From the NCBI GenBank assembly GCA_902797385.1, contig CADBSR010000045.1, forward strand, positions 1-40,522: DNA of 40,522 bases, given 5' to 3'. Positions within the stretch are counted from its first letter, which is position 1, and every line of letters starts with the position of its first letter. Positions 8,219 to 18,012 of this stretch are shown piece after piece. The stretch is from an uncultured Lachnospiraceae bacterium (GTDB lineage Bacteria; Bacillota; Clostridia; Lachnospirales; Lachnospiraceae). A model generated the notes under the pieces. It saw only the letters and a program-made list of their open reading frames with translations. It did not search any database and was not told the origin of the DNA. The translations under genes were made by a program, and so were the position numbers.

Positions 8219-11200
8219 TTATTCAGCCGCCTTCAGCGCTGCCGCCATATCGATCTTTGAAAGTTTGCGCATCATCAGCAGATACACTAACACCGAGAAG
8301 AACAGTGTAAAGCCGATCGCCCATAAGAAGCTCGGGAATTTGACGCGGGCTTCAAAATGTACCAGATCCACCTGAATGGCGCTCATGACGTAGCGGTTCA
8401 GAAGGATCCCGAGCGGAACGCCGAGCAGGGCGCCGAGGGCCGTGAGCAGGATGTTCTCGCGCAGTACATAAATGGCAGACTCACCCGCATAGAACCCCAG
8501 TACCTTGACGGTGGCGATCTCGCGCATGCGCTCTGTGATATTGATATTGATCAGGTTGTAGATGACAATAAAGGCCAGCGCCGCCGCACTGACGATGGTC
8601 AGGAGGACGATATAGATCAGATTGTCCATAATACTGCCGATCCGGTCCTTTAAGAGGCTGCCGGCGGTGACATTGATCACGCCTTCCACATTTAACAGAC
8701 GGGCGGTCGCATCCCCGGATCCTTCCCGCTTTAAAACAAACGCGTCTTTTTTCACGGGCGCGGAGCCGGTCAGGCTTTCGTAGGTCTCGTCCGAAATGAT
8801 CAGATAGTTGTAAATATAATTATCGAATACCGCCGAGACCGTCAGCTCGTAGCGGGTATCATTCAGCAGGAAGCTGAGGGTATCGCCGACGCCGACACCC
8901 AGCTCATTGGCCAGTCCGTTGTTCAGTACGGCCTGGGACTGGCCGGGGAAGGGAATGGCTTCATCTCCCTTGTGCAGGTGGATGTAGCGTGAGAATTCAG
9001 CCCCGCCTTCAGCCGAGAGCAGAAAAGCCGTTTTTTCTGTTTTGCCGTGAAAGGCCGTGACGGACTCCATGGAGACGAAGAGGGTATCGCCGCTGTAGCG
9101 GCGGGCTGTCTGGCGGAAGGCTTCCTGTACCTCGGGGCTCGGTGCCTCGCCGAACGTGACATCGTACTCGTAGAGCGTGATCTCTCCGTACTGGAACCCG
9201 ACGACGTCCTGGATCGAGTCACGGATCCCGTAGCCTGTGATCATGAGCGCCGTACAGCCGGCTACGCCGAGCAGCATCATCAGAACGCGGCTCCGGTAGC
9301 GGAAGATATTGCGCATGGTGACCTTCCACATGAAATTCAGATGATTCCATATAAGGGGGATCCGTTCCAGCAGGACCCGCTTGCCGAGCTTGGGCGCTTT
9401 GGGTCTGAGGATGACGGCCGGCATCTGTTTTAACTGGCCCCGCAGGGAGAACCAGGTCACGAGCATCATGACGGCGACATACAAAGCGGTAATGATCCCG
9501 TACAGCGGCCAGTCAAGATGGTAAAGCAGGCGGGGCGAGAAACTGTACATGATCCGGTAGGCCTGCCAGATCAGCTGAGGGAATACAAACGTAAAGAGAG
9601 GGACCCCGATCCCGCAGCCTAAAAGCGCTGCGGAGCCGGCGTAGAAGAGGAATTTGTTCATGACCTTCAGCTTGGGATAGCCAAGCGCCAGCAGGATCCC
9701 GAGCTGGCCCCGCTGTTCATCTACCATGCGGGCCATGGTGGTTACGCAGATCAGCGCGGCAACGGCAAAGAAGAAGACCGGAAAGACGCGGGCCACGCTG
9801 CGCACGATCTCGGAATCGTTGTCCAGGCAGGCATAGCCGATATTGGACCAGCGGCCCAGAACCATAACGGAAGGCGCCTTCAGCTCCTCCAGCTTTTTCC
9901 ACCCATCGTCCAGCTCGGCGCGGGCATCGGCCAGTTCGGCTTCGGCCTTGGCAAATTCGGCTTCCGCTTCTTCTTTGGCGTTGGCTAAATCCTCCAGGCC
10001 CTGATCATACTCGGCCTGCCCTTCTTCCAGCTGGCGGGCTGCGTCAGCCAGCTCGGCTTCAGCCGCCTCGAATTCTTCTTCGGCCTTGGCTTTGGCGTCG
10101 CGGAGCGCCTGCTCCCCTGCAAAATATTCATCCCAGCCATCATCCAGCTCTTTGCGGGAAGCGGCCAGTTTGGCCCGGGCCTGATTCAACTGGAGCCGGG
10201 AGGCTGCCAGCTGTTTGCGGGCATTTTCCATCTGTGTCCGGATATCGGAAGCCTGGCCGGTAAAATCCTGCATGATCGCGGCAGCGCTGTCATAAAGGGC
10301 AAGGCTGCTGTCCAGAAGATCCCGCAAAGAAGTGGCGAAGGATTCATCGTCAAGGGTCTGCTGTATTGCCTCCAGTCTGTCGATTGCCTGCCGGAAAGCC
10401 TTTATGGCATCCGTCTCTCCGAACTGTGCGCTTAAGCTGTCTGCCAGGGCATTGGAAGAGGCAATCAAAGTGCCAAGAGAAAGATCCAAAGTGCCTTTCG
10501 CACCTTCCCAGAGGAGGCGGACGGCTTCCTCGCGCTCTTCCTGTGTCAGGTCCGGATCCAGACTGATATCGGTATAATCCGTCAGCAGATTCCCCAGACG
10601 GGAGCGGACATCCTCGGAAGCAGTCCGGAAATCCATGTATTTATCCACAAGATCCAGGATCCCGGCATAATTCTGCGAAGACGATTCATACTGTGCCAGT
10701 CCGGCTGCATAGGAGGCTTCGCCGGCCTGATACTGTGCCAGCCCCTCTCCGTAGGCCTTTTCTCCGTCGGAAAGCTGCTGCAGGGCATCGTCGAGCTCTT
10801 TCTGGGCTGCGGCAAATTTTTCTTCGGCCGTAACTTTTCCTTCTGCCAGGGCCGCTGTCCCGTCGTCATATTCTTTCCGACCGTCCGCAAGCTGCTTCGC
10901 GGCATCGGCCAGCTCGGCCTCCCCGTCCGCGATCTTTTGCAGGGCATCTTCCTTCTGGCGCTCGTATTCGGCCAGACCGTCGGCATACTCGGCTTCCCCG
11001 TCCTCCAACTGCTTCCGGCTGTCGGTCAGGATCTGATCGTAGCGGGCCGAGGCGCCTGCTTCGGCAAGCGGCTTTAAGAGCGGTTCCATCGCATCGGCGG
11101 CCTGGTCGTAGGTCTCGGTATAGATCTCGCCCAAATGACCGCCGTTTACATAGAGCGAAGTATAATAATCCAGGGTAAAGCCTTCCGGCAGGATATAGGC

Positions 11201-11791
11201 AAAGGCGCTGACAGCCCCTGTTCCCAGAGAGGAGTTGCCGCGCTCATAATTCAGATAAAGCGGAGAATGCCCGAAGCCTGTCACGGTATAGCTTTTCCGG
11301 GCAAAAGAGGAGAGAGTGTCTTCGGTGTTCAGATCGGATAAAACGACTTCGTCCCCGATGACAAACGCATGGGCGGCAGCGGTGTCGAGCAGGACTTCAT
11401 CGTCTCTTTCAGGCGCCCGGCCGGAGGTCACGGAGACCAGATTGACCTTTGCGGGCAGGGCGTGGAAGCGTATGACCTGATCATCTTCGGGGTATGAGAC
11501 CAGGGCGTCCGCCTGCATGGCGCCTTCTGCTTTCAGGATCCCCGCCTGCCCTTCCAGCGTGTCGGCGGCATCCTTTTTAAAGCCAAGCGTGGAGATCAGC
11601 TGGAAATCGTAGAAGGAAGAGCGGTCAAGATAATCATCCGCGGTGATGACAATGGCGTCCCTTGTCCCCCGTAAGCCCGCAAAAAAGCCGGCCCCCAGCA
11701 TAATGATGCCCAGGATAGCCAGATATCGGCCCGGAGATTTAAAGATCTCCCGAAGCGTATTCTTGCGGAGTGCGGATTGATTTTTTACCAT
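8219..11791 (-). CDS. ABC transporter permease with two FtsX/MacB-type modules and a long extracytoplasmic coiled-coil insertion
   Basis: 1190 aa. Two FtsX-type junction motifs are present (...MARMVDEQRGQLGILLALGY... and ...ITERMREIATVKVLGF...), each followed by TM helices. An Ala/Glu/Asp/Gln-rich heptad-like region of about 450 aa has recurring ...AEAELADA..QL..G..EYD.G... segments. Confidence 0.85.
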   Translation of the reverse strand: MVKNQSALRKNTLREIFKSPGRYLAILGIIMLGAGFFAGLRGTRDAIVITADDYLDRSSFYDFQLISTLGFKKDAADTLEGQAGILKAEGAMQADALVSYPEDDQVIRFHALPAKVNLVSVTSGRAPERDDEVLLDTAAAHAFVIGDEVVLSDLNTEDTLSSFARKSYTVTGFGHSPLYLNYERGNSSLGTGAVSAFAYILPEGFTLDYYTSLYVNGGHLGEIYTETYDQAADAMEPLLKPLAEAGASARYDQILTDSRKQLEDGEAEYADGLAEYERQKEDALQKIADGEAELADAAKQLADGRKEYDDGTAALAEGKVTAEEKFAAAQKELDDALQQLSDGEKAYGEGLAQYQAGEASYAAGLAQYESSSQNYAGILDLVDKYMDFRTASEDVRSRLGNLLTDYTDISLDPDLTQEEREEAVRLLWEGAKGTLDLSLGTLIASSNALADSLSAQFGETDAIKAFRQAIDRLEAIQQTLDDESFATSLRDLLDSSLALYDSAAAIMQDFTGQASDIRTQMENARKQLAASRLQLNQARAKLAASRKELDDGWDEYFAGEQALRDAKAKAEEEFEAAEAELADAARQLEEGQAEYDQGLEDLANAKEEAEAEFAKAEAELADARAELDDGWKKLEELKAPSVMVLGRWSNIGYACLDNDSEIVRSVARVFPVFFFAVAALICVTTMARMVDEQRGQLGILLALGYPKLKVMNKFLFYAGSAALLGCGIGVPLFTFVFPQLIWQAYRIMYSFSPRLLYHLDWPLYGIITALYVAVMMLVTWFSLRGQLKQMPAVILRPKAPKLGKRVLLERIPLIWNHLNFMWKVTMRNIFRYRSRVLMMLLGVAGCTALMITGYGIRDSIQDVVGFQYGEITLYEYDVTFGEAPSPEVQEAFRQTARRYSGDTLFVSMESVTAFHGKTEKTAFLLSAEGGAEFSRYIHLHKGDEAIPFPGQSQAVLNNGLANELGVGVGDTLSFLLNDTRYELTVSAVFDNYIYNYLIISDETYESLTGSAPVKKDAFVLKREGSGDATARLLNVEGVINVTAGSLLKDRIGSIMDNLIYIVLLTIVSAAALAFIVIYNLININITERMREIATVKVLGFYAGESAIYVLRENILLTALGALLGVPLGILLNRYVMSAIQVDLVHFEARVKFPSFLWAIGFTLFFSVLVYLLMMRKLSKIDMAAALKAAE

Positions 11792-12489
11792 TCGATCTCC
11801 TCAATGGGAACCGGAGCCGGATTGATCTCCACCGAACTGACGGTTCCGTTCTTCACGCGGACCACCCGGTCAGCCATGGCGGTCAGCGCACTGTTATGGG
11901 TAATAATGATCACGGTCATACCGGTCTCTTTTCCGGTATCGGCCAGGAGTTTCAGGATCGCCTTGCCGGTTTCGTAATCCAGCGCACCGGTCGGTTCGTC
12001 GCAGAGCAGGAGCTTGGGGTTCTTGGCCAATGCGCGCGCAATGGCGACACGCTGCTGCTCCCCGCCGGAGAGTTGGGAGGGGAAGTTGTTCAGTCGGTGC
12101 CCAAGCCCTACTTTTTCCAGGGTCGTCCGGGCATCCAGGGGTTTGTCGCAGACCTGAGCGGCCAGCTCTACATTTTCCAAAGCGGTCAGATTCTCGATCA
12201 GATTGTAAAACTGGAAGACAAAGCCGATCTCTTTGCGCCGATAGGTGATGAGGGCACGCGGAGACAGGGCGGAGATATTTTCCCCGTCCAGCAGGACCCG
12301 TCCGTCCGTCAGGGTATCCATGCCCCCGAGTATATTGAGCAGCGTCGTTTTGCCGGCTCCGGAAGGCCCCACGATGACACAGAGCTCCCCTTTTTCTACG
12401 GTGAAACTGACGTCATGCAGAGCCGGGATCTCGACCTCTCCGGACTTATAGATCTTTTTGACATTTTCAAAACTGATGAAAGAGTACAT
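11785..12489 (-). CDS. ABC transporter ATP-binding protein (MacB/LolD-like)
   Basis: Walker [11 protein letters not shown]-loop, signature LSGGEQQR, Walker [13 protein letters not shown] and H-loop ITHN are all present. It overlaps the permease start by 7 nt. Confidence 0.9.
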   Translation of the reverse strand: MYSFISFENVKKIYKSGEVEIPALHDVSFTVEKGELCVIVGPSGAGKTTLLNILGGMDTLTDGRVLLDGENISALSPRALITYRRKEIGFVFQFYNLIENLTALENVELAAQVCDKPLDARTTLEKVGLGHRLNNFPSQLSGGEQQRVAIARALAKNPKLLLCDEPTGALDYETGKAILKLLADTGKETGMTVIIITHNSALTAMADRVVRVKNGTVSSVEINPAPVPIEEIEW

Positions 12490-12520
12490 ATACTGCCCTT
12501 GCTATTTAGGATAGACCAAT

Positions 12521-12549
12521 ATTTTACCAGTTTACGGCCAGTTTGTAAA
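12521..12549 (-). promoter_or_regulatory. candidate promoter of the ABC-racemase operon
   Basis: On the minus strand: TTTACA (rc of 12544-12549), a 17-nt spacer, then TAAAAT (rc of 12521-12526). The spacer contains two AAACTGG direct repeats 11 nt apart (plus-strand CCAGTTT at 12527-12533 and 12538-12544). Confidence 0.5.
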
Positions 12550-12637
12550 GGAAAAGAGACCGCAGAGGCAACAAAATAAGGAAAAACCGGGACGGGAAAA
12601 GGCTTTGCGGGAAGGGGTTCTCTTTTGGTCCGGACTA

Positions 12638-12646
12638 TGATACAAT
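12638..12646 (+). promoter_or_regulatory. candidate extended -10 promoter element for the 142-aa lipoprotein gene
   Basis: TGaTACAAT (TG at 12638-12639, TACAAT at 12641-12646) lies about 40 nt upstream of ATG 12686. The -35 is weak. Confidence 0.3.
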
Positions 12647-12685
12647 ATATTCGGCGTTGGACGCCCTTTTACATGGAGGAACAAA

Positions 12686-13114
12686 ATGAGAGTACAAACA
12701 AGGATTCTTTCACTGCTGTTGGTCCTTCTCCTGGCACTCGCTGCCTGCGGGGAGGAGACTCTGCCGGAAGGGGTTGATGTGGATCTCAGCCGTATGAGCG
12801 GAACGGTGGTATACGGAAAAGTGTACGATATGGTCACCAATGGGAAGAACTATCAGGATCAGATCGTACGGATGCACGGAACCATGTCTACGATAGATGT
12901 CAAAGAAAAAGGGAAACTGGTCGACACGCTTTATTCCTGCGTGATTTTTGACGCAGCCGGCTGCTGCTCGCAGGGAATTGAATTTGTGCTGCAGGATCAG
13001 AATGCGGAATACCCGCCCATCGGGAAGGAGATCACGGTCGAGGGCCGCTGGGACTGGTATCAGCTGTACGGGATCGACCGCTACCGTCTCCTGGACGCGG
13101 TCATGGTCAAGTAA
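12686..13114 (+). CDS. hypothetical lipoprotein
   Basis: 142 aa with a signal peptide and lipobox ...LLLALAA|C. GGAGGA lies 6 nt upstream of the ATG. I recognised no family. Confidence 0.7.
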   Translation: MRVQTRILSLLLVLLLALAACGEETLPEGVDVDLSRMSGTVVYGKVYDMVTNGKNYQDQIVRMHGTMSTIDVKEKGKLVDTLYSCVIFDAAGCCSQGIEFVLQDQNAEYPPIGKEITVEGRWDWYQLYGIDRYRLLDAVMVK

Positions 13115-13167
13115 CAGGCTGCAGCACGGTGCTTCAAAAAGACAGGATAAGGATTGTCTGACCGATC

Positions 13168-13674
13168 ATGATGGATTCTCTGCTCCAATGGTTTATGGAT
13201 CTGCTGAACGGCATGCCGAATCAGCTGATCGTCTTTATTGTTTCTATGGTTCCCCTGATCGAGCTGCGCGGCGGACTGATTGCGGCAGCTCTGCTTGGCA
13301 TGCCCTTATGGGAAGGCGTGCTGTTCTGCCTGGCGGGGAATATCGTTCCCATTCCGTTTATTCTGCTATTTATAACGCCCCTGTTCAACTGGCTGAAGAA
13401 AACGAAGCTTTTCCGGCCGATGGTGGAGAAGCTGGAAGCCAGATCCATGGGCAAGAGCGAAAAGATCCAGAAATATCAGTTCTGGGGTCTGGTGCTTTTC
13501 GTCGGCATCCCGCTGCCCGGGACCGGGGCCTGGACCGGGGCACTCATTGCTTCCCTGCTGAATATTAAGCTGAAGAAAGCGGTGCCGGCTATTTTCCTGG
13601 GCCTGCTCCTGGCGACCACCATCATGTGCGTTATTACCTACGGGATCCCCGCAGTAGTGAGATTGTTCTCATAG
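13168..13674 (+). CDS. small multidrug-export-like membrane protein (COG2426 / Sm_multidrug_ex-like)
   Basis: 168 aa with 4-5 TM helices. ...PLIELRGG... and ...GIPLPGTGAWTGA... resemble that family. Confidence 0.7.
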   Translation: MMDSLLQWFMDLLNGMPNQLIVFIVSMVPLIELRGGLIAAALLGMPLWEGVLFCLAGNIVPIPFILLFITPLFNWLKKTKLFRPMVEKLEARSMGKSEKIQKYQFWGLVLFVGIPLPGTGAWTGALIASLLNIKLKKAVPAIFLGLLLATTIMCVITYGIPAVVRLFS

Positions 13675-13700
13675 AAAGGCGTAAGGGAGGAGATACTTTC

Positions 13701-15173
13701 GTGAGTGTAAGAGAGCGTCTGGAAACCTGCTATCAAATGTGCGACCTGATCACAGCGGCCGAGGTCAGCGATTCCGCTCATCGGAATCTGCGGAGCCTTC
13801 TGCGCGTGGACCTGGTCAATTTTTGCGTCTATCTGGCATATGCGGACAATATCATGACCCAGGAAGAAGAAGCGTATATCCGCGAAGTGTTTGCGTATCC
13901 GTTAAACTGGGCCAACCGTTCGGATGCCCTGAACGCATTGAATAAGGAAGGCGGCTTCCCGAAAAAGATCCCGACCGCCATCAAGTATTTTATATTGGCC
14001 GATGCGGGACGGCGCGTCAAAAACGATCCCTTCCGTCATCAGAAAACGGCCTATCTGATTCAGACCTACGACGAGATCGGACGGGCCATGAGTCTGCTTT
14101 CGGACAAGGAAGAAGTGGGAAAAACCGCCGACGCCTACGTCAGGATGCTGGATAAATTCATAGAAGGCTACGGACTGTTCCGCAATAAAAACGTCCGTAT
14201 CAGCGGCGGGAAAAAAGCGCCCGTTACCCCTGTCAGACCGGGCGGAACCGGCGGCAGCGCGACGGCGGCCGCCACCCCCGGAGAGAAAGTCCCTGCGGGG
14301 AACGGAACGCAGCCGGAGGAACAAAAGCCGCAGCCGCTGCCCGAACTGGATCAGGCCAGGATCGACGAAATCATGGGGGAGCTGAATCAGCTCGTCGGAT
14401 TGAAGACCGTGAAGGAGGAGATCATACGGCTCGTGGATCTTTTGCGGGTCCAGCGGATGCGCAGTGAGGTAGGTCTGCAAAATAAAGGGACTTCACGGCA
14501 TATGGTCTTTTACGGCAACCCCGGCACGGGCAAGACCACGGTGGCCAGACTGTTGGCGGATATTTACCGCGAGCTGGGTCTGCTGCCGACCGGTCAGTTG
14601 GTGGAGGTGGACCGCTCGGGCCTTGTGGGCGGCTACGTGGGACAGACGGCGATCAAGACGAGCGAGGTCATTGATCAGGCCATGGGCGGCGTGCTGTTCA
14701 TTGATGAAGCCTATACGTTGACGGCCAATAAAGGCCAGAACGATTTCGGGCAGGAGGCCGTGGATACGATCCTCAAAGCCATGGAAGATTACCGGGAGCA
14801 GATGATCGTGATCGTGGCCGGCTATACGGAGCTCATGAAGGAGTTCCTGGAGACGAATCCGGGTCTTAAGTCCCGTTTCAATTATTTTATCGAGTTTCCG
14901 GATTATACCCCCGAAGAACTGGTGGCGATCCTGGAACTGCAGTGCAAAAAGAATGAATACACCCTGTCTCCGGAAGCAAAAGAGAAAGCGGTGCAGCTCT
15001 TTACGGCACGTTGCGAAAACAAACCCGAGAATTTTGCCAATGCCCGGGAAGTCCGGAATTTCCTGGAAAAAGCCATGCTGAACCATGCGGCCCGGGTCAC
15101 GAAACTGCCGAAAAAGGCCAGGACCAAAAAAGTCCTCAGCCAGCTGGAGGCGGAGGATCTGGGCGAATTATGA
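13701..15173 (+). CDS. AAA+ ATPase of the SpoVK/CbbX subgroup with an extra N-terminal domain
   Basis: Start set to GTG 13701, which has AAGGGAGGAG 7-8 nt upstream; the longest-ORF start at 13626 overlaps the previous gene. Walker A GNPGTGKTT, Walker B VLFIDEAY and ...NPGLKSRF... are present. An N-terminal helical region of about 170 aa and a Pro/Gly/Ala-rich linker precede the ATPase. Confidence 0.8.
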   Translation: MSVRERLETCYQMCDLITAAEVSDSAHRNLRSLLRVDLVNFCVYLAYADNIMTQEEEAYIREVFAYPLNWANRSDALNALNKEGGFPKKIPTAIKYFILADAGRRVKNDPFRHQKTAYLIQTYDEIGRAMSLLSDKEEVGKTADAYVRMLDKFIEGYGLFRNKNVRISGGKKAPVTPVRPGGTGGSATAAATPGEKVPAGNGTQPEEQKPQPLPELDQARIDEIMGELNQLVGLKTVKEEIIRLVDLLRVQRMRSEVGLQNKGTSRHMVFYGNPGTGKTTVARLLADIYRELGLLPTGQLVEVDRSGLVGGYVGQTAIKTSEVIDQAMGGVLFIDEAYTLTANKGQNDFGQEAVDTILKAMEDYREQMIVIVAGYTELMKEFLETNPGLKSRFNYFIEFPDYTPEELVAILELQCKKNEYTLSPEAKEKAVQLFTARCENKPENFANAREVRNFLEKAMLNHAARVTKLPKKARTKKVLSQLEAEDLGEL

Positions 15174-17170
15174 AAGTAGCAGTCATTGGCGGCGGAGCCG
15201 CCGGCATGATGGCCGCCCTTTCGGCAGCGGAAAGCGGCGCCGAGGTGATCCTTCTTGAAAAAAATGAAAAGCTCGGGAAAAAGCTCTTCATTACCGGGAA
15301 GGGACGCTGCAACCTGACCAACGATGCGGAGAAAGAGGCGTTCTTTGCCCATATCCTGCGGAATCCGCGCTTTCTGTATTCCTCCTACGGGCGCTTTGAC
15401 AACCGGGCCATGATGGACTTGATGGAAGCGGCCGGCCTGCGCCTCAAGGTCGAAAGAGGCGGGCGCGTCTTCCCGGCTTCGGACAAATCCTCCGATGTGA
15501 TCCGGACGCTTGAAAAGCTCCTTTCACAGCGCGGCGTTACGGTACGCCTCCATACGGAAGTGAAGGAAATCCTGACGGAGAAACAGGATCCGCCTGCTTC
15601 CCGGAAAAAGGACGGACCGGCGTTACGGGTAAAAGGCCTTTTGATCCAGAGCAAAGGACAAAAGGAGAAGCTGACGGCGGAGAGGGTCATTGTGGCGACC
15701 GGGGGACTCAGTTATCCGTCTACGGGCTCTACCGGCGACGGTTATCGCCTGGCCGAAGCCGCCGGACACAGTGTAACGCCCTTAAGCCCTTCCCTGGTTC
15801 CGGTGGAAGCGGTTTTTGCCAAAAAAGAGGTCGCTGCCAGACTGAAACCGGCCGATCTGATGGGGCTGAGCCTCAAAAATGTTTCCCTCAGCGCCTTCGT
15901 AAAAGACAAAAAAGTCTTTGAGGAACAGGGCGAAATGCTCTTTACGCACTTCGGCGTCACCGGACCCCTGGTCCTGTCCGCATCGGCTGTGATAGGAGAG
16001 GCCGTTGCCGTGAAACAGGAAAGTGCGGAGCTTCGGATCGACCTCAAGCCCGCCCTGACGGAAGAACAGCTGGAGGCGCGGCTGATCCGGGAAAGCGCGG
16101 CGGCCGGTGCAAAACAGTTGAGCACGTTCCTGGGCGCCTATCTGCCCCGGGCCATGGTCCCGGTGATCCTGGCGCAGGCAAGCTTAAGCGGAAGCAGCAA
16201 GGCGGCAGATCTGGGGAAAAACGAACGCCGCAACCTGATCCGGAGCATGAAGTCACTTCCGATAAAAGTACTGGCGCTGCGGGGGTACCCGGAGGCGGTC
16301 GTTACGCGGGGCGGTGTCTCGGTGAAGGAAATCAATCCCCGGACCATGGAATCCAAATATGTCAAAAACCTGTATTTTGCCGGTGAGGTCCTGGACCTTG
16401 ACGGAACGACAGGCGGCTATAATCTGCAGATCGCCTGGACAACAGGCCGGACAGCCGGAGACGCGGCTGCGAAAGAAGAGGTTATTATGAAAAATACAAT
16501 TTTGAACCGCAATATTGCCATCGACGGCCCCGCCGGATCCGGAAAGAGCACCATCGCCAAGAAGATCGCGAAAGAGACCGGCCTGATTTATGTGGATACC
16601 GGTGCCATGTACCGCGCCATGGCCATCTATTTCCTGCGCCGCGGTCTGACGCCGGACGATGAGGCCGGGATCACGGCTGCCTGCGAAAAAGCCAATGTTT
16701 CCATCGGTTACGAAAACGGTCAGCAGCAGGTCTACCTGAACGATGAAAACGTGACGGCCTTCCTGCGGGAGGAAGCGGTGGGACAGATGGCTTCGGCTTC
16801 TTCCGTCTATGGACCGGTCCGTGAAAAAATGAAGACGCTGCAGCAACGCCTGGGCCGGGAAAAGAATGTGGTCATGGACGGCCGGGATATCGGGACCGTG
16901 ATCCTGCCGGATGCGTTCCTGAAGATCTATATGACGGCTTCCGTGGAAGTCCGCGCCAAACGTCGTTTCGAAGAACTGCTTTCCAAGGGACAGGATGCGG
17001 ATCTGGCCGTGGTGGCCAGGGCGATCGAAGAGCGGGATTACCGGGATACCCACCGGGAAATCGCGCCGCTCAGACAGGCAGAGGATGCCGTTCTGATCGA
17101 CACCTCCGATCTTTCGATCGAAGAGGTGACAGAGACGGTGCTTCGCTTGTACAAGGAGAAGCTGAAATGA
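15170..17170 (+). CDS. cmk: in-frame fusion of an HI0933/YhiN/BaiN-like FAD flavoprotein (about 15170-16486) and cytidylate kinase (about 16487-17170)
   Basis: ATG 15170 overlaps the SpoVK-like stop (ATGA). The N-terminal part has VIGGGAAGMMAA (a dinucleotide fold), ...GKGRCNLTN... and ...YFAGEVLDLDGTTGGYNLQIAWTTG.... There is no stop codon before the Cmk part (MKNTILNRNIAIDGPAGSGKST...VMDGRDIGT...). An internal SD AAGAAGAGG plus ATG 16487 is retained at the junction. Confidence 0.75.
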   Translation: MKVAVIGGGAAGMMAALSAAESGAEVILLEKNEKLGKKLFITGKGRCNLTNDAEKEAFFAHILRNPRFLYSSYGRFDNRAMMDLMEAAGLRLKVERGGRVFPASDKSSDVIRTLEKLLSQRGVTVRLHTEVKEILTEKQDPPASRKKDGPALRVKGLLIQSKGQKEKLTAERVIVATGGLSYPSTGSTGDGYRLAEAAGHSVTPLSPSLVPVEAVFAKKEVAARLKPADLMGLSLKNVSLSAFVKDKKVFEEQGEMLFTHFGVTGPLVLSASAVIGEAVAVKQESAELRIDLKPALTEEQLEARLIRESAAAGAKQLSTFLGAYLPRAMVPVILAQASLSGSSKAADLGKNERRNLIRSMKSLPIKVLALRGYPEAVVTRGGVSVKEINPRTMESKYVKNLYFAGEVLDLDGTTGGYNLQIAWTTGRTAGDAAAKEEVIMKNTILNRNIAIDGPAGSGKSTIAKKIAKETGLIYVDTGAMYRAMAIYFLRRGLTPDDEAGITAACEKANVSIGYENGQQQVYLNDENVTAFLREEAVGQMASASSVYGPVREKMKTLQQRLGREKNVVMDGRDIGTVILPDAFLKIYMTASVEVRAKRRFEELLSKGQDADLAVVARAIEERDYRDTHREIAPLRQAEDAVLIDTSDLSIEEVTETVLRLYKEKLK

Positions 17171-18012
17171 TCGTCGAAACATGTGAGCATGCCGGATTCT
17201 GCTTTGGCGTGGAACGGGCTGTGACCTTGCTGGAGCAGCGGCTCCGGGAGGGGACGGCACCCCTTTACACCTACGGCCCCATTATCCACAATGAAAGTGT
17301 GGTGGAGTCATTCGAGGCAAGGGGCGTCAGGATCATAGACGGGGAGGAAGCGCTGAAAAAGACGGCGCCCGGAACGATCGTGATCCGCTCCCACGGGGTC
17401 TCACGCCGGGAGCAGGAGGAGATGGAAGCGCTCGGGTTCCGTATCGAGGATGCGACCTGCCCCTTTGTCAAGGCCATTCACCGCAGAGTGGAAGAGGCTT
17501 CCGCCGGCGGCCGCACGGTTTTTATCTGCGGTGATCCCGACCATTCCGAAGTGAAGGCAATCGTCGGCTGGTGCGAAACAAAGCCCTATGTGATCCGTGA
17601 TGAGGACGATATTCCCCTCCTTCCGGCCGATACACCGGTGACGCTCGTCAGTCAGACAACATTTTATGAAAAGAAGTTTAAAAAACTAGTTGAAATCATT
17701 TTAAAAAGATATTATAATACGTTTGTTGTGAATACAATTTGCAATGCCACACAGATCAGACAGCAGGAAACGGAGGAAATGGCGCGGAAAGCGGACGCGA
17801 TGATCGTCATCGGAGGAAGCAAAAGCTCCAACACACGCAAACTGGTGGAAATCTGTGAGGCCAATTGTGCTAAAACCTACTATGTCCGGACTTTTGAGGA
17901 CTTATTGCAGCAGGGTTTCCAACCGGTACGTTTCGTGGGCATCACAGCAGGGGCCAGCACCCCAAAGAATATTATCGAGGAGGTTCAAAATTTTGTCAGA
18001 GGTGAGTTTTGA
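17167..18012 (+). CDS. ispH: 4-hydroxy-3-methylbut-2-enyl diphosphate reductase
   Basis: 281 aa. It has ...AGFCFGVERAV..., ...IVIRSHGV... and ...VVNTICNAT..., consistent with the three Cys ligands of the IspH/LytB Fe-S cluster. The ATGA overlaps the preceding stop. Confidence 0.9.
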   Translation: MIVETCEHAGFCFGVERAVTLLEQRLREGTAPLYTYGPIIHNESVVESFEARGVRIIDGEEALKKTAPGTIVIRSHGVSRREQEEMEALGFRIEDATCPFVKAIHRRVEEASAGGRTVFICGDPDHSEVKAIVGWCETKPYVIRDEDDIPLLPADTPVTLVSQTTFYEKKFKKLVEIILKRYYNTFVVNTICNATQIRQQETEEMARKADAMIVIGGSKSSNTRKLVEICEANCAKTYYVRTFEDLLQQGFQPVRFVGITAGASTPKNIIEEVQNFVRGEF

